Shown here: positions 25,295 to 36,449 of the stretch, one piece after another
How positions within the stretch are numbered: the stretch's first letter is position 1
How the letters are laid out: every line of letters starts with the position of its first letter
DNA from: Phoronis australis
Taxonomy: Eukaryota > Animalia > Phoronida
Assembly (NCBI GenBank): GCA_002633005.1
Contig: NMRA01000195.1
Span: forward strand, 289,628-353,627
Direction of reading: 5' to 3'
DNA: 64,000 bases
Notes under the pieces: generated by a model
Database searches by the model: none
Told to the model about the DNA's origin: nothing
The model's input: the letters and a program-made list of their open reading frames with translations, nothing else
Program-made: the position numbers and the translations under genes

Positions 25295-27360
25295 CACAAA
25301 ACGTACCGAGAGTGGCGTACATGAAGTAATATCCCATGAGACATTATTCCGCGGAATAAGGTCGAGTGGGATATTACTTCATGTACGCCAATCGAGGTAC
25401 GTTTTGTATTTATCCCATGCGCTTCGAATTCCTAAGTTTTATACATTTTTTCGACAGATTTTCAAATACTTCACCCAGACTGTTCACATGGCGGATCACA
25501 TTCTACATGTATGTACTTGCGCGTTAGGATGCAAGTTTTCTCTTGTGAAAGAAACAGTTTTAAAAGTAACGATTTAGTTCTTGAAAAGAGGTAACAAAGA
25601 CGAAAACAACCGCAACTGTGCAATGAACTTGTAACATCTCCTGGAAATAGTTAAAAAACAACATTTGGTATTTTAGTTTCCTAGGAATCGGCGCCTAAGT
25701 TGCAGACGATATAGTATACCTATCGTCGTCAGGCTCCAAAGGTCGTCCGCCATCTTGTTTCGCGTGCAGCGCAGCCACGCGGGACTTAGCGTTCCAATTT
25801 GGAGTGCTCGTCTGCACGTTAGGTACTAACCTCTCGGGAGAAACACGCATGGAAGAACGGAGACTAAAATTAATGCATTTACCGACTGTTTTTTTGAGAC
25901 CACTTAAAAACTTGTCGATTTTACTAATGCACTTTTTTGTTCATTTTCAGAAGATATTTTCGACATTAAATTTTCTTCAGACGGAACAAAAAGCAACTCA
26001 GGGATTGTCTATGCAATGTATCTATTTGTCCCAGGCACTAACCGACACCTGTTAGGCCAAAGGAAAAACGCAGCAGAAATTGGAACACGCTGGGTGCTTA
26101 ACAGTTTCGACCCACGCCTTGGTCATCAAAATATTGTCCACTTGTTTTTTATTGCAAAACACAGTACTGAACTCAACATTTATGTTGAAATTTTTGATTA
26201 AAGCATTTTGAATTTATTTGAAGAAAATTAAAATACTTGAATTGATAGAGAATGGCCACCAATAAAGTAAAACATTGACTTTATTTCACTATATTGCATT
26301 GTTACATACAACACAGCATGACATAATCAAAAATAAAAGAAGAGATTGAGCAATAAAATTCAAATGCGACTTGGGTATTTATTTATTTATTTATGATTGC
26401 AGAAGCCTGTTAAAGATGAGAAAAAATCAAACAATACGATTATGGGTAATTTATTAGAACAATTGTATTGAGGTTCAATGATCAACTTGCGCCGACAAAG
26501 TCTCAAAGGGTTATAGTTCTGTTCTGNNNNNNNNNNNNNNNNNNNNNNNNNNNNNNNNNNNNNNNNNNNNNNNNNNNNNNNNNNNNNNNNNNNNNNNNNN
26601 NNNNNNNNNNNNNNNNNNNNNNNNNNNNNNNNNNNNNNNNNNNNNNNNNNNNNNNNNNNNNNNNNNNNNNNNNNNNNNNNNNNNNNNNNNNNNNNNNNNN
26701 NNNNNNNNNNNNNNNNNNNNNNNNNNNNNNNNNNNNNNNNNNNNNNNNNNNNNNNNNNNNNNNNNNNNNNNNNNNNNNNNNNNNNNNNNNNNNNNNNNNN
26801 NNNNNNNNNNNNNNNNNNNNNNNNNNNNNNNNCAAAAAAGTGAATTAGTGAAATATGCTGTTTTTAAGATACATTTGAAAAAAGAAGCCACTCACTCACT
26901 GTTTGTTATCATATTGTGAATACGAACACGTCCGGGTATTCGTTTGACGTTCGTAAGCAGACGAACGCTGGAAACTTCAACGCCAGATGTCACAGGACCG
27001 CGCAGAAGAGGAAATAAGATCGTTCACGACTTTAGGGCACTCACGACTTTAGGGCCTCTGACGGTATATACAGCAATTGAAAACTGAGACATAAATGTCT
27101 GATAATTAACAATTTTGTTCCAGATTTTACGTTTAGGGCCTGGTTGCATGTAGAGTGTTAGTTACACTGCTGCAACTGTATTACTTTAAACTATATTCGG
27201 AAAGTTTGATAATCGAACCGGCTGAAGACGTCGAGTCGACATTGACCTACCTTTTGAACTTTCTATGTTAGAGGTCACTGTTGAAGTAGTGCGGGAGGTG
27301 AATTCGGAAAACTTTATTACATGGCTGTATTTCCCTCGACAGTTTCAACGCGTATGGGAT
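25295..27360. mobile_element. Interspersed repeat with long subterminal hairpin, copy 1 (interrupted)
   Basis: Highly similar to 35697-36438; perfect 24-bp stem tggcgtacatgaagtaatatccca (25313-25336 / 25367-25390). Confidence 0.8.
25716..27068. mobile_element. Nested non-autonomous DNA transposon (~1.35 kb including gap)
   Basis: Absent from the paralogous copy at ~36145; imperfect TIRs tatacc...gtcaggctccaaaggtcg / cgactttagggcctctgacggtata at a TA-rich site. Confidence 0.65.
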
Positions 27361-27917
27361 GAATTCTAAAATTAATGGACGTGAAGCCACGCGTCTCATG
27401 AGGCGCCATTTTTTGTTGCAGCTTGCTGTCAACAACACGCGTGCTCGTAGGCAGATAAAGAAATTTGGTATATTAACTCTTTGGCTGCATCGCATAAAAA
27501 CCGCATACACCTGTATTAAACATCGCTGACTTCGACGTTGGCCGTTTTGTTCCTTACAACCCACTTTCAATGAAATCTACTTCAAATCACTGAATACTGG
27601 AGCCCGTTCCATTTAAAATTGTTGCGTATTTTGTATGTCTTGCATGATTGTAAAGACTTGTGTGCATATCTGAAATTGTATGTTAGCTTTCAAACAAAAA
27701 TTTGTTTTCGAGACCATTTTGCATACAGTACAAACCATGGCTATCTTTTTCACTTTTGAGCACAGCCGGCTAGGACTTGTATATGCCCGTCTTATTTTGA
27801 GTGTTTTCTGTCTGTCTTTTGATCATTCTTTGTACTTCCATTCTGTTATTGAGTGTCAACATCTATCGTTTGTAGGACAGGCCTACAATGCTTTCCATAT
27901 TTATAAACTCTGACAAC

Positions 27918-28073
27918 CAGTGCTGTAGTGATGCGTATGCACACATAGGCGCAGCCAACCACCTTTTGGCATTTGAACGAGCGCCTAGGCACTGTAAGTC
28001 AAGTTCAGTGCTCAAGGTGATACGGTGGGCTTTCGGCGCTTAATTACCTCTAAATTTTACCACTACAGCACTG
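27918..28073. mobile_element. hAT-like MITE
   Basis: 13-bp TIR cagtgctgtagtg / cactacagcactg with perfect 8-bp TSD ctgacaac. Confidence 0.85.
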
Positions 28074-28651
28074 CTGACAACGGCTTTTATTTTTAATTTG
28101 CTTGGTGGGTTGTTTTTGGATGCTGCTAAGGCAGGGAATGCCATGGACCTTTTGATCAGATTACTGGGAAGAGATTTGGTAGCATTCGAAGCCATACCAT
28201 CGTTCTTGCTACAAAAGCTTCACAAGACCACTAACAAAACAGAAATCTGACGATAGTGAAAGCAGTGGAATTTTCACAGATGTATTTGAAGAGTTTTGCT
28301 TTGAAGTTGTGGGGCAACAAATAATCTCGCATGGGGAAATATTGCGTTTAACTCTTTTAAAGTCACTCCTTGAGGAATCTTTGTCCAAAAGAGGTAATGT
28401 ATGTGTCTGAACTGGAAATTTGATGTCGAAATTACAGAGAATTTACCCTATTCTACAATTCCTTAGTCCAAAACGAAATCAGAGTGAGTTGTTGTTAAAC
28501 AAACATTTGTTCTTGTGCAAATGCTAGACTAAAATGCACTGAAATGTGCAACTGCTAAAACTGTGAGAATGTCAAAATGAGTCAGATGACGAGTAACAGT
28601 GTAAGGAGGAACTTGGAAAGACATCTTCTCAAGAGACAGAAACCAGCATCC

Positions 28652-28801
28652 CGTTCAGTAACGCTAGGACCTCGCTAAAAAGCAAGACTTCACGAGATTA
28701 CGTGAGATATTGCTGTGTATTTTAAATACGAACACGTGACTTTGACTAGATTTTAGCTACTAGGTCCTGGCGTAGGTCCTAGCGTCTACTGAACGCACGC
28801 C
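28652..28801. mobile_element. ~150-bp MITE, copy 1
   Basis: cgttcagtaacgctaggacc...ggtcctagcgtctactgaacg; near-identical copy at ~49549-49700. Confidence 0.85.
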
Positions 28802-31089
28802 AGGCTACTAACTGGCCCAGTGAGCCTGGTGATTTGTGAAACATTTTTATATTTTCATGTTTACATCTCTAATGATGGATTTTTTTCTTGTTAATTTCTC
28901 GGCCTTTTCTACTTCATCCGATTGCATTTGTTGTTACTCTATACTTTTTGTCTCCATTTTTTGACAAAATTGTATGCTTTGGACTTGTAGCAATGATTGT
29001 TTTTGTTTGACAGATTAGTAAATGTGTGATAAAATAAAGGTGAGAAATAGTCACTTTCATAATTATAGTTTTACCAACAGTAAAAACAGCATAAACACTA
29101 TGAATGATAGTTCCATATTTCGCCAACAGGTGGCACCAATAAATTCACATTTCTTCCATAATTCTACATTTTAATTGAAAAATATAACAAAGTATGTGTT
29201 TATTATGATTAATATCATCTTGCAATAGCATCCTTTATGGACACTTAATTTTCTTCTTTTCTAACTTTTTTAATTCCGTGTAGAATTTGCTGAATTAGCA
29301 CAATTTTAACATCAAATTTCACAAAAATTTGCAAGTTTAAACGCGGGAACTTTTTTGATTCATAAAGTACAATGATTTGTGACATCAAAAACACCTGAAT
29401 TAAAATGCCCCCGATGTGGTCACAGAAGTGGTTTTCTGGGTCTCTTGTGACCTACGGCTCATGGCCTATACGGGGTAGTACAGTAATTAGTTTGCCCAGC
29501 CACATCTGGCACGGTCATAATCGAAAATTATGTCATGAACGTACGCCAAGATTCTGGGGACGTCGGTATTTTTGTATGAGCAGAATATGTTTTTGTCTTT
29601 CAATATTTCAGTTGTTGATAAATCATATGATGACTGACGTGTTGTATGCCGCGTTCCCGATCGCTTACCACTGCGTTCTAGATGGCTTCTTTCAACAGAA
29701 AAGTGTCGAGAAGTCAGAGATCCTGACAACACTAATGAAAACCCATTACATTTTCATAAGTCATTCCTTCATAACTTCATGATTATTTTACGGTTATAGT
29801 GCTAGAAATAACCAAAAGTTGCCAAACTGACTCACAAATCACCTTCGGCTCATGCGATGCTTCGGCTAACGTAACTTCTCCAATAATTAGAAGAGACACT
29901 GGCCTAGACCTCTGCATGTTCGTATCCTTCCTCAGTGTGTTACGCCTCGAACCCACGTCTCTGTTTTCATATTGAAAGTAACGACAACGGATGTATTTGA
30001 CCTAACAAAAAACAAAAGCTGGCACAAGTTCAATTTGATTTTTTTTGCTTTCTCGATGTTTTTAAAATGCAATTTGAACTGTTCAGTAAAAACTAAAATG
30101 TGTTTCAAGGCTAAACAGTTATTTTGGTGCGACGAGTTACAACATTTTTGGAATTCAATGTCTGAGAAAGAAAAGAATACCCGAAGAAAAAGAATGGAAG
30201 CAAATGTAAAGCTTTTCATTCCGATTATAAAAAGGTCCCGGCGTTTTGATTTTGATAAGAGGTCTAGAAATTTAAAAAGGAAATGTAATAGCTCTGCTTG
30301 AGAAATCATGCAAAAAGTTTCGCAAACCCTCGGGAAATAATTGCCAATTTGGGCCCAAAAAGTCGGCGGAAAAATAAAATACCACGTAATCCGGCTGAGA
30401 GGTGGAAGGGCAGACTTTCATGAACTTAATGGCCCTTTTCCAAGAACACGAGGTGAGAAGTGGGTCAATGATATTAAATCAAATTTGCCTGATGTTTGGT
30501 TTTACCTTCAAGTAAATGTCTATCCACTTGGTACAAGCAATTATTGCTCCAATACCTAAAGGACATAAAACGATCTAAGTATGACTGGGGAATTAGCCTG
30601 TTGTCCACGAACCATCAAGGTTCAAAACTATCTTTTGAATAACAGATTTACGGAGCTTTTGAATTTTAATAATCAATTGGCTGAAGAACATAATGGCTTC
30701 CGAAGCTATAGGTCCTGCTCTGACCATGTCTTCTTCTTAACTTCAGTTATTTGAAAAAATATATGGATGTGCAAAAAAGTATAAGCAGAAAAACATTGTT
30801 GGGGTTTGGGTCTATAAATGTTTCTCGCAACGTGAAATGGTTCGTTATAGAGCCCTTAGGCTTTTCCTAGTAGTACATGTACATAAGCATGCATCCAATG
30901 TATTCCTATGCGTAGGTATGAATATGATATAATGTAAAAATAGCTGGAGCTCATCTATCAAAGATATTTTGTCAGAGGTTCAAGTGATCCAAGCATTCAC
31001 TTCAAAACGTGGTTGCTGTTGAAAATTTTGGTAATTTGTGTTTTGAAAAAGAGGAAATGGCGTGGAGTGACGTGGTTGGCTCATTACGC

Positions 31090-31330
31090 TTGTAGACTAC
31101 CAAGTCAGAATATTGAATTGAAAAATACGTATTTCTTCCCGCTGCATTGATACCCGTGTTAGAACGGTTGCTGTCAGGAATTTTACCATTACAGGTGGAA
31201 TGAGGGATGTTTTCGGGAACTCTATTAAATGAAAGATTATGTGATGTATGTGACCAAAATTCAATTGAAAACGAAATGCATTTTATTTTCGTTGGCAACA
31301 CATATAATAGTTTAAGAACGGAGTTTCCAA
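31090..31330 (+). mobile_element. Decayed LINE C-terminal zinc-knuckle region
   Basis: ERLCDVCDQNSIENEMHFIFVGNTYNSLR resembles the CxxC...ExxxHxxxxC motif downstream of non-LTR reverse transcriptases. Confidence 0.6.
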
Positions 31331-32181
31331 GTGAATGCGCCCTTCTAGACCTGTTTCTAAATTATCCGAAAACTTTCGAGGTTTTGATTAGGGGAGTAGC
31401 TTGTTTGCATTGTGTGCAACCGTTTGGGATTTAATTGATATTTAGATGACATATAAGTCCAAGAGTCCGGGGATTTGTAGCATATCAAGTTTATTTGTTT
31501 ACGAATTGTATTCTGAGATGGATCCACGTCATGATAATAAATAATAAATTTATAGTTTACATTAGTCATCAAACAAGAGTACTAAAGATTGCGCCGATTC
31601 GATATTTATTTATTACACCATGTATGAACTTTTCAGCCTAACATTTCAATATTTAGTTCAACTTTAGGTTTCCTGTGCTACTAAACTAAAACTTTTTTGA
31701 TGAAACATCCAACGAATCAAAAGTTAATCAGGTACACACAACTGGTCGCCTGTACACGAAGTGGAGACAATCACAGCGTTGCCTGTTTAGCCACGCTTTC
31801 GTACATGTATTTCACATTGAGACCTTTCGAAAAATCGCCTTTTGGGCCTGATAACTTGCACTCGTACTTAGAACGCCAAATCCGTCTTCATAGCCAAGGA
31901 ACCTGAGTGATAGGATATCCAATAGTTGATTTTCATCGATCATCGTTCACAGATTTTCTATAAGTCATTGGTCACCACCATCGCCATCCCGCGGTAAAGA
32001 AATGGTTCGGTATTAACACAGATGGATGACATTCAACTGTAAATGCCAATGTACATTAGCAATTCAGAAAAGAGTGAGTGGGCGCTCATTAATCGATTTC
32101 CCGGTATAACCTTCGTTTTCGTTTTTTTTAATCATTCGACTGATTTGTACTAGCCACAGAAAAGGTTAAGTTGCCAGCGAT

Positions 32182-33291
32182 ATGAGTCCGTTAAATGCTT
32201 TGAAAATTGTGGCAATGGTGTTTTGTGCGAAATATGTACTTAGCTCCCAACATAACATGCGGGAATGTTGGTTTTCGAAACAAACAGGAGCTGTGACCAG
32301 CCAAACTATTGCGAAGAGTTTTGTGTCACAGTGCGCACAAGTGTGCCTTCGGGATCTGGAATGTACTGCTTTTTCAGTACAAGAAGAGGATACAGGCTCC
32401 GTCATATGCAACTTAACTACGTCATGTGACCTTGTTCTTGGTACAAAACAAAATGGCTCCAATCTTTATAAGAAAACAATTCCGCAATTCGGTTACAGAT
32501 GGATTCACACACAACCGAAAACTGGATTTTTTTGGATCTCATCTGGGCAGTCTGGAGTGTGGGCGACACATACGGATGGTTCCATCTGGCACAAAAGTGG
32601 CACATACAGAGCGCCCGGAACCAACCCATCAACAGGAGGTGATTGGATGCAAATAGAAGGCGGCTTAAGATACATCTCAGCCGGGACAAACGTGGTTTGG
32701 GGAACGAGCTTTGGAGACAATGTCTACTACAGGTCGTCAGTAAGTGCAAACCAACCGGGAGGAAGTAGTTGGGTGCCAGTTCCTGGTCTTTTGCGTCAAA
32801 TCAGTATTTCCTCCTATTCAAATGAAGTTTGGTCCCTAACCAGCAGACAAAATCTTTACCGGCGGCTTGGTTCATCGTTGACATCGTTTGGAAGTGAGTG
32901 GACTTACATTGAAGCTAACATTGCACAAGTGTCCGCGGGAAAAGCAGGCATTTGGGCCTTGAGATCAACAGGGGAACTAATCTACAGGAAAGGGACTTAT
33001 CAGACACCAGGGGTGACTGGAAGCGGCTGGGAGACGGTACATTGCCCATACACTGTCAGTAGAATAAGCGTTGGTGATGGCACGGTTTTTATCACTACTA
33101 CAGACAACTTGGTGTATTTCCGCTTTGGAATGTGTGCGCGAAACCCCACTGGACGAAAATGGTCGAGCTTTGAAGGAAATTTTAAACTGATTGATATCGA
33201 CGACGTGAGTGGTACTATCTGGGCACTGGATGTCGACGGCCGTCCGTGGTTCAGGGAGGGAAGTGCATGTAACAAATGGCAAACAGTGTAA
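32182..33291 (+). CDS. Secreted PAN/apple + tectonin beta-propeller lectin (tachylectin-1/lectin L6/fish-egg-lectin-like), 369 aa
   Basis: Signal peptide; PAN motif CAQVCLRDLECTAFSV...CNL; six repeats such as W..IEGGLRYISAGTNVVWG....VYYR; uninterrupted ORF, with an acceptor-like tttgtactag ending at 32153 upstream of the ATG. Confidence 0.92.
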   Translation: MSPLNALKIVAMVFCAKYVLSSQHNMRECWFSKQTGAVTSQTIAKSFVSQCAQVCLRDLECTAFSVQEEDTGSVICNLTTSCDLVLGTKQNGSNLYKKTIPQFGYRWIHTQPKTGFFWISSGQSGVWATHTDGSIWHKSGTYRAPGTNPSTGGDWMQIEGGLRYISAGTNVVWGTSFGDNVYYRSSVSANQPGGSSWVPVPGLLRQISISSYSNEVWSLTSRQNLYRRLGSSLTSFGSEWTYIEANIAQVSAGKAGIWALRSTGELIYRKGTYQTPGVTGSGWETVHCPYTVSRISVGDGTVFITTTDNLVYFRFGMCARNPTGRKWSSFEGNFKLIDIDDVSGTIWALDVDGRPWFREGSACNKWQTV

Positions 33292-33858
33292 AATGTCCAT
33301 CTACATTAGGCTGACACTGATCTTAGTTCCATAAGTTTTATTTTGTTGTTCTGTTTTTTCACTAGCAGATAGCACTTGATTGATATAACCGATGATGATA
33401 GATGATATTGTTCTTGGTTTTTGTTTCCTTTACTGTGTCATTGTTTTATACTTAAAAACCCGGATTTAATGGTTCGCTTATTTTTTGTATTTTAATGTGT
33501 TGTCATTTATTTGTGTAGCAGTAAAAATGTAATTTGTGTAGAATACGTACTAAAGAACATTCTGGGAGACTCCAGCAGACAAGCAGGAAGGCATTACCAG
33601 GAAGGGACAACCGTTTTGGTGAATTTTAACGTGTTTTCAAACGTGATTTCAAAAGTAAAGTTTCAAATTGTCGGCTATCCAAGCATTGTGTTTGTTTGAA
33701 ATTTGAGCTCTTTACCTACAAAATGACACCGCCTCGGTCCCCAAAGACTAAATATTAGTGGCGCTCGGATGCTTTGAACATGACATGTTTAGACGCCTGT
33801 TCTCGGGCACGATCCTCCTACTTTGACCGTTAGATGTCACTGATACATGTATATGTAA

Positions 33859-33938
33859 CTCGCTGGTTCCCTGCGTGCTCAGCCCAGCCAGCTGGCGCGG
33901 CTACCGCCCCACCTAGCGGCACGCAGGGAACCAGCGAG
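33859..33938. mobile_element. 80-bp hairpin MITE with 10-bp TSD
   Basis: Perfect 20-bp TIR ctcgctggttccctgcgtgc; flanking direct repeat gtatatgtaa; degenerate relative at ~40478-40520. Confidence 0.85.
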
Positions 33939-34802
33939 GTATATGTAAATGAGGCGTCACACCTGACACGTCATACGACATGAGCTTCCAATATCAACCG
34001 TCAGACGCCATTAGTGTATGACTTGAAACCTAGTTGTACCCAATGAGATAAATATAACTACTATGTATATAGCTCATTGGTTGTACCTGACTGATCAGGG
34101 CCCGGTCTCCAATCTTTTTACTCAAAATGGAACTCGAAATTAGGTTTGGCATTTTCTACTTTACTTTTGGGCGAAATCAAGATAAGTGTCTATTATTCTA
34201 TGCTCGAGTACACAATGACTTACGTAGATAATTTATTGCCCTTAGTTCACAGTTTGTAAACCCAATATTAAAGCAATAAGTTCGAGTTTGAACTCGAAAT
34301 TTCTAGTTTTTACTCGGAACACGGCGCAATCATAACGGAACTTTTGCTAAGTACATAGGCTCTCCCGCGATATCTCAGGTGACCGGCAGTGGCGCTGGGC
34401 ACAACTACTCCGTTTCCGTCGTCTGCTCCACTGTGCAATGAAGAAAATTACTTCATTTTTTAAAGAAAATGGAATCTGAGTGATGGTGAAAAAACAGAAG
34501 CTGCTGGTAAGATGTCAATTTTAATCGAAGTCTTAGTGAATCACTCAGAAACTCATAAATCTCTCTTTGTCAAACCTTAACTTAAGGCGATTTCCAAAGC
34601 AATCGCGTCATTATTGCCAACCCAAAAAACGGATTTGGTCTTTTGGACAATTGAAGACTATTTTAAATACAACAAATTTGTTATGAACTGATTGCACAAA
34701 ATATAAAACATGCAATAAGCATTAGAAAAAGACGGAGGTTTCGCGCGCAAATGCCCTGGACCATAAACAAGTAGGTCTCTTAATATCAACCTAGGAGTTA
34801 AA

Positions 34803-34870
34803 TCGTGGTGGTGCAATGGTAAAGCACGCAAGCTATGTCCGCTAGGTCGTGGGTTCTAGTCTGTGGTACT
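34803..34870 (+). pseudogene. tRNA-like / SINE head
   Basis: A-box-like tggtgcaatgg and B-box-like ggttctagtc at tRNA spacing, with poor stem pairing. Confidence 0.35.
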
Positions 34871-35569
34871 TACAGTTTTTCCTGGCTGACATCTTCTTCG
34901 TTTTTTTTGCCTTTTTTTCTTGGATAATACTTCGGGAATCAGAGAAAATGCTTGATTTTTAGAGGAAAAACAGAAAAATTTCCTCCCGACCTCCCCGCAT
35001 TCGGTGCTATGCGCATCTACAATAGTGCTTTGAGCAAATGTTTACAGACAAAATGTTGGCCCCCCCTTGTGATATCCTAGATCCGCCACTGCNNNNNNNN
35101 NNNNNNNNNNNNNNNNNNNNNNNNNNNNNNNNNNNNNNNNNNNNNNNNNNNNNNNNNNNNNNNNNNNNNNNNNNNNNNNNNNNNNNNNNNNNNNNNNNNN
35201 NNNNNNNNNNNNNNNNNNNNNNNNNNNNNNNNNNNNNNNNNNNNNNNNNNNNNNNNNNNNNNNNNNNNNNNNNNNNNNNNNNNNNNNNNNNNNNNNNNNN
35301 NNNNNNNNNNNNNNNNNNNNNNNNNNNNNNNNNNNNNNNNNNNNNNNNNNNNNNNNNNNNNNNNNNNNNNNNNNNNNNNNNNNNNNNNNNNNNNNNNNNN
35401 NNNNNNNNNNNNNNNNNNNNNNNNNNNNNNNNNNNNNNNNNNNNNNNNNNNNNNNNNNNNNNNNNNNNNNNNNNNNNNNNNNNNNNNNNNNNNNNNNNNN
35501 NNNNNNNNNNNNNNNNNNNNNNNNNNNNNNNNNNNNNNNNNNNNNNNNNNNNNNNNNNNNNNNNNNNNN

Positions 35570-35627
<58 letters not shown>
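35570..35627. repeat. Compound (CA)n(TA)n microsatellite at gap edge
   Basis: Directly visible. Confidence 0.95.
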
Positions 35628-35696
35628 CATGCTTATTATTGTACGTTAAGTACAGGTGCCACAAAATGATGGTGATACACAACAACAAGATATAGA

Positions 35697-36438
35697 CAAA
35701 ACGTACCGAGAGTGGCGTACATGAAGTAATATCCCACGAGACATTATTCCGCGTATCGACCGAGACCGAAGGTCGAATGAGGTCGAGTGTGATATTATTT
35801 CATGTACTCCAATCGAGGTACGATTTGTATTTATCCCATACGCTTCGAATTCCTAAGTTTCTTACATTTTTTCGGTACATTTCTTTACATTTCTTAAATA
35901 CTTGACCCAGACTGATCACATGGCGGATCACATCCTATATGTATGTACTTGCGCGTTAGGTTGCAACTTTTCTCTTGTAAAAGAAACGGTTTTAAAACTA
36001 ACGATTTATTTCTTAAAAAGAGGTAACAAAGATGAATACAACGACAACTGTGCAGTGAACCTGTAATCCCTGGAAATAGTTAAAAACAACAATATTTGAT
36101 ATTGTAGTTTCCTAGGAATCGGCTCCTGAGTTGCAGACGATATATTATTCAGCAATTGAAAACTGAGACATAACTGTCATATAATTAAAAGTTTTGTTCC
36201 ATATTTTACGTTTAGGGCCTGGTTGCATGTCGAGTGTTAGTTACACAGCTGCAACTGTATTACTTTAAACTATATTCGGAAAATTTGATGATCGAACCGG
36301 CTGAAGACGTCAGTCGACATTGTCCTACCTTTTGAACTTTCCATGTCAGAGGTCACTCTTGAAGTAGTACGGGAGGTGAATACTGAAAACTTTATTACAT
36401 GGCTGTATTTAACTCGACAAATTCAACGCGTATGGGAT
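35697..36438. mobile_element. Interspersed repeat with hairpin, copy 2 (uninterrupted, truncated by LINE)
   Basis: Colinear with 25298-25712 + 27070-27360. Confidence 0.8.
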
Positions 36439-36449
36439 AAAAAAGATAA

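Noticed and set aside
29405-30559. Several 70-125-aa ORFs on both strands
   Set aside because: No recognisable motifs or consistent splice sites; probably repeat-derived.
34803-34870. Functional tRNA gene
   Set aside because: Acceptor and anticodon stems do not pair convincingly; kept only as a SINE-like relic.
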